A DNA stretch of 63,990 nucleotides, counting the filler, from Hyphochytrium catenoides (taxonomy: Eukaryota > Protista > Hyphochytriomycota): assembly GCA_900088475.1 (NCBI GenBank). It is 10 parts of 10 records of this genome, joined end to end, with 100 filler letters (N's around TTAATTAATTAA, not from the genome) between each part and the next. Parts side by side here need not be neighbours in the genome. Positions count along the whole stretch, not along the records: positions 54,358 to 62,664 come from FLMG01002838.1; positions 62,765 to 63,990 come from FLMG01003535.1; 8 more parts are not named here. One strand, given 5' to 3'. The position numbers were made by a program, and so were the translations under genes. Under the pieces are notes generated by a model. That model was not told where the DNA came from, did not search any database, and saw nothing but the letters and a program-made list of their open reading frames with translations. Shown here one piece after another: positions 62,272-63,990 of the stretch; position 1 is the stretch's first letter; each line of letters opens with the position of its first letter.

Positions 62272-62401
62272 CGAGAAATAGAGAGAGAGAGACTGACGGT
62301 CACGGTATCATAATAGTACGGCAGTCCTGAGGGATCGTAGGACTTGATAAATCGCTCCTGCAGCAGGTCCCAGAACTCCAGGCGACAGTGCCACATCCGA
62401 G
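55156..62401 (-). CDS. Large multi-exon IQ/WW-domain, leucine-rich-repeat and coiled-coil protein (5'-truncated)
   Basis: Exons include 62298-62401 and 60868-61925 (YYYDTVT|GVSSWYKP WW domain; repeated LxxLxLxxNxLxxLP), 59968-60188 (LRR cap GNHAIVNPPPEV), 58745-59640, 58149-58187, 57895-57936, 57288-57497, ~56030-56580 and 55156-~55868 (TYWQDSKTGKIFSTKP WW-like). The 3' exon joins are less certain. Confidence 0.75.
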
Positions 62402-63990
62402 CTAAGGACTGAGAAAGAAAAGGTGAGCAGAGAAGAGACAGTGAATTGCGGAGCGGCGATAGAAAGGAAGATATGTTGGACGCCTAGACGCGGGTAGATA
62501 GATAGGGATAGAGAGAGAGAGAGAGAGACCGAAGAGAGAGAAAGAGAGAGGGAGAGAAGAGAGAGTGGTGGGAAGTCGGGAAAGGCTAAGGGAAAGTAAG
62601 CAGCGCAGACGTGATGAGACACAGGAAGTGGAAAAGAAAGAGAGAGACAGAGAGAGACAGAGAGNNNNNNNNNNNNNNNNNNNNNNNNNNNNNNNNNNNN
62701 NNNNNNNNTTAATTAATTAANNNNNNNNNNNNNNNNNNNNNNNNNNNNNNNNNNNNNNNNNNNNCCGTCCCACATCTTCCATTACCTGATAGTCTTCCGC
62801 TGGCTCTCTCTGCCCCAGCACTCTCCAACTGCCCCCTCCCAGCTGGGATTTCATGGCGGTAGGACGTCCCTTCACATGTCCAGCGGCTTCCAAGAATTCA
62901 GTTGGGAACGTCTCCACCACAAAGAAGGCAGGAGCCACAAGTCATGAGCTTTTTCTATGGCGGCGGTGGTGCTTGGCGCTTGGCCCGCCCCCAGAACCTG
63001 GAACGCAGAGCCAAGAGTTGGGAGCCTGGCACGGAAAGCAATAATACGTCCTACTAAGACGGCCAAGCACAAGAGATATGCGCCACGGCTAGGTCGCGTT
63101 GAAGGTATAAGTAAGCTATCCTTTCTATGACTTGGAGACAGTAGTAATACTCTAGGTCGCTCTCCCGTTCGTCGAAAATGTGGGGGGTGGGACGACGTGG
63201 AAATGTGAAGCGGCTTCTTTTCCTGTGCCATTCTTCTCTGTTTCCAACTGTTCCCTTACATCTCCGTATATTTCTACCATCATATTCCGCTCATTTTATA
63301 GCGTGAGGGACAAAAGTCTGCTTCCTAGCCCAAGATGTTTTGGTCCTCCGTTCGGCCTAGGAAATAACTCTATGGCACCCACCTTTCCGCCTCTCTCCGC
63401 GCTAGTAATAATGCTTCGCATGACGCGCATCATCCGCCTTGGCTTTCTAGTGATCTGTTTCCTTGGCAGAGATCCTTAGCCTGTCTCACGTGCGATGAGA
63501 GAGAGGTCGTAATAATATTCATAGTGACTGTCTAAGGGGCTAACTGGTACTTGTAGAACTACCCACAAAGCGAGTAGGTGACGTTGTGCAGGCTAGGCTA
63601 CTGTACTTGTACTCGTAAAGAACCAACGAGGAGACAGAGAGACGTACGTACAGTAGAAACCCATGGGTTTTCCTCATACTCGGTCATAAAGATGGAAAAA
63701 GGCTGCCTGCTTTCGCATAGAATCCTTAGACTTTCTCTCTTCGTTGGCAGACAAACCCTCTTATAACGTTTTCTCTCATCTTCTTCCTCAAAAGGAGAGA
63801 CTATGCCTGTTCAGAGAAACAGGTCTCACAAGAAGAAGGTCTTTCTTCTTCTTCCTTCTAACAGCTGTCGACTGTCGACTCACTAACACGAAGAAGGAAG
63901 AACGTTAACCTTAACCTTCTTCTGATGACTGATGAGCGAGCTCCTTTGGCCCGTGATGGACAACAACGCTGCCTTGTTGCTCCACCATCT

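Larger units (their letters stand above)
38678..62664. repeat. Pervasive (AG)n/(CT)n microsatellite and low-complexity sequence (also 1-4223 and 20700-22700; absent from 52998-54257)
   Basis: Many perfect and degenerate dinucleotide tracts, mostly CT-rich on the sense strand of introns. Confidence 0.95.

Overview
Eukaryotic DNA, probably from a flagellated protist; a stramenopile affinity is inferred from the gene families, not proven. The window is not one locus: nine 100-nt spacers (44 N + TTAATTAATTAA + 44 N) join ten separate contigs/scaffolds, so adjacency across them means nothing. There are two sequence types. (1) (AG)n/(CT)n-saturated contigs carry spliced housekeeping and ciliary genes: LIS1, a DRC1-like first exon, an STPG2/SHIPPO-repeat gene, a TDP1-like gene, a complete 14-3-3, an HPS6-like gene, a kelch-BTB (LZTR1-like) gene and an IQ/WW/LRR gene. 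(2) Microsatellite-poor, mobile-element-rich contigs carry a decayed Polinton/Maverick-like element, an apparently intact short-intron ABCC transporter, a pogo/Fot1-type transposase pseudogene, nested RLE non-LTR retrotransposon ends, an uninterrupted Sola-type transposase ORF, an internally duplicated membrane protein, a GPI-type surface protein and an LTR-element remnant containing a tRNA-Pro-like gene. The most unusual signals are a Polinton protein-primed polymerase that runs into a Cys/His-rich segment and then a hidden, frameshifted HNH endonuclease of the giant-virus type, and the tRNA-like gene between a gag zinc knuckle and a doubled PPT/LTR junction. All family assignments come from motif recognition by eye; no searches were run.
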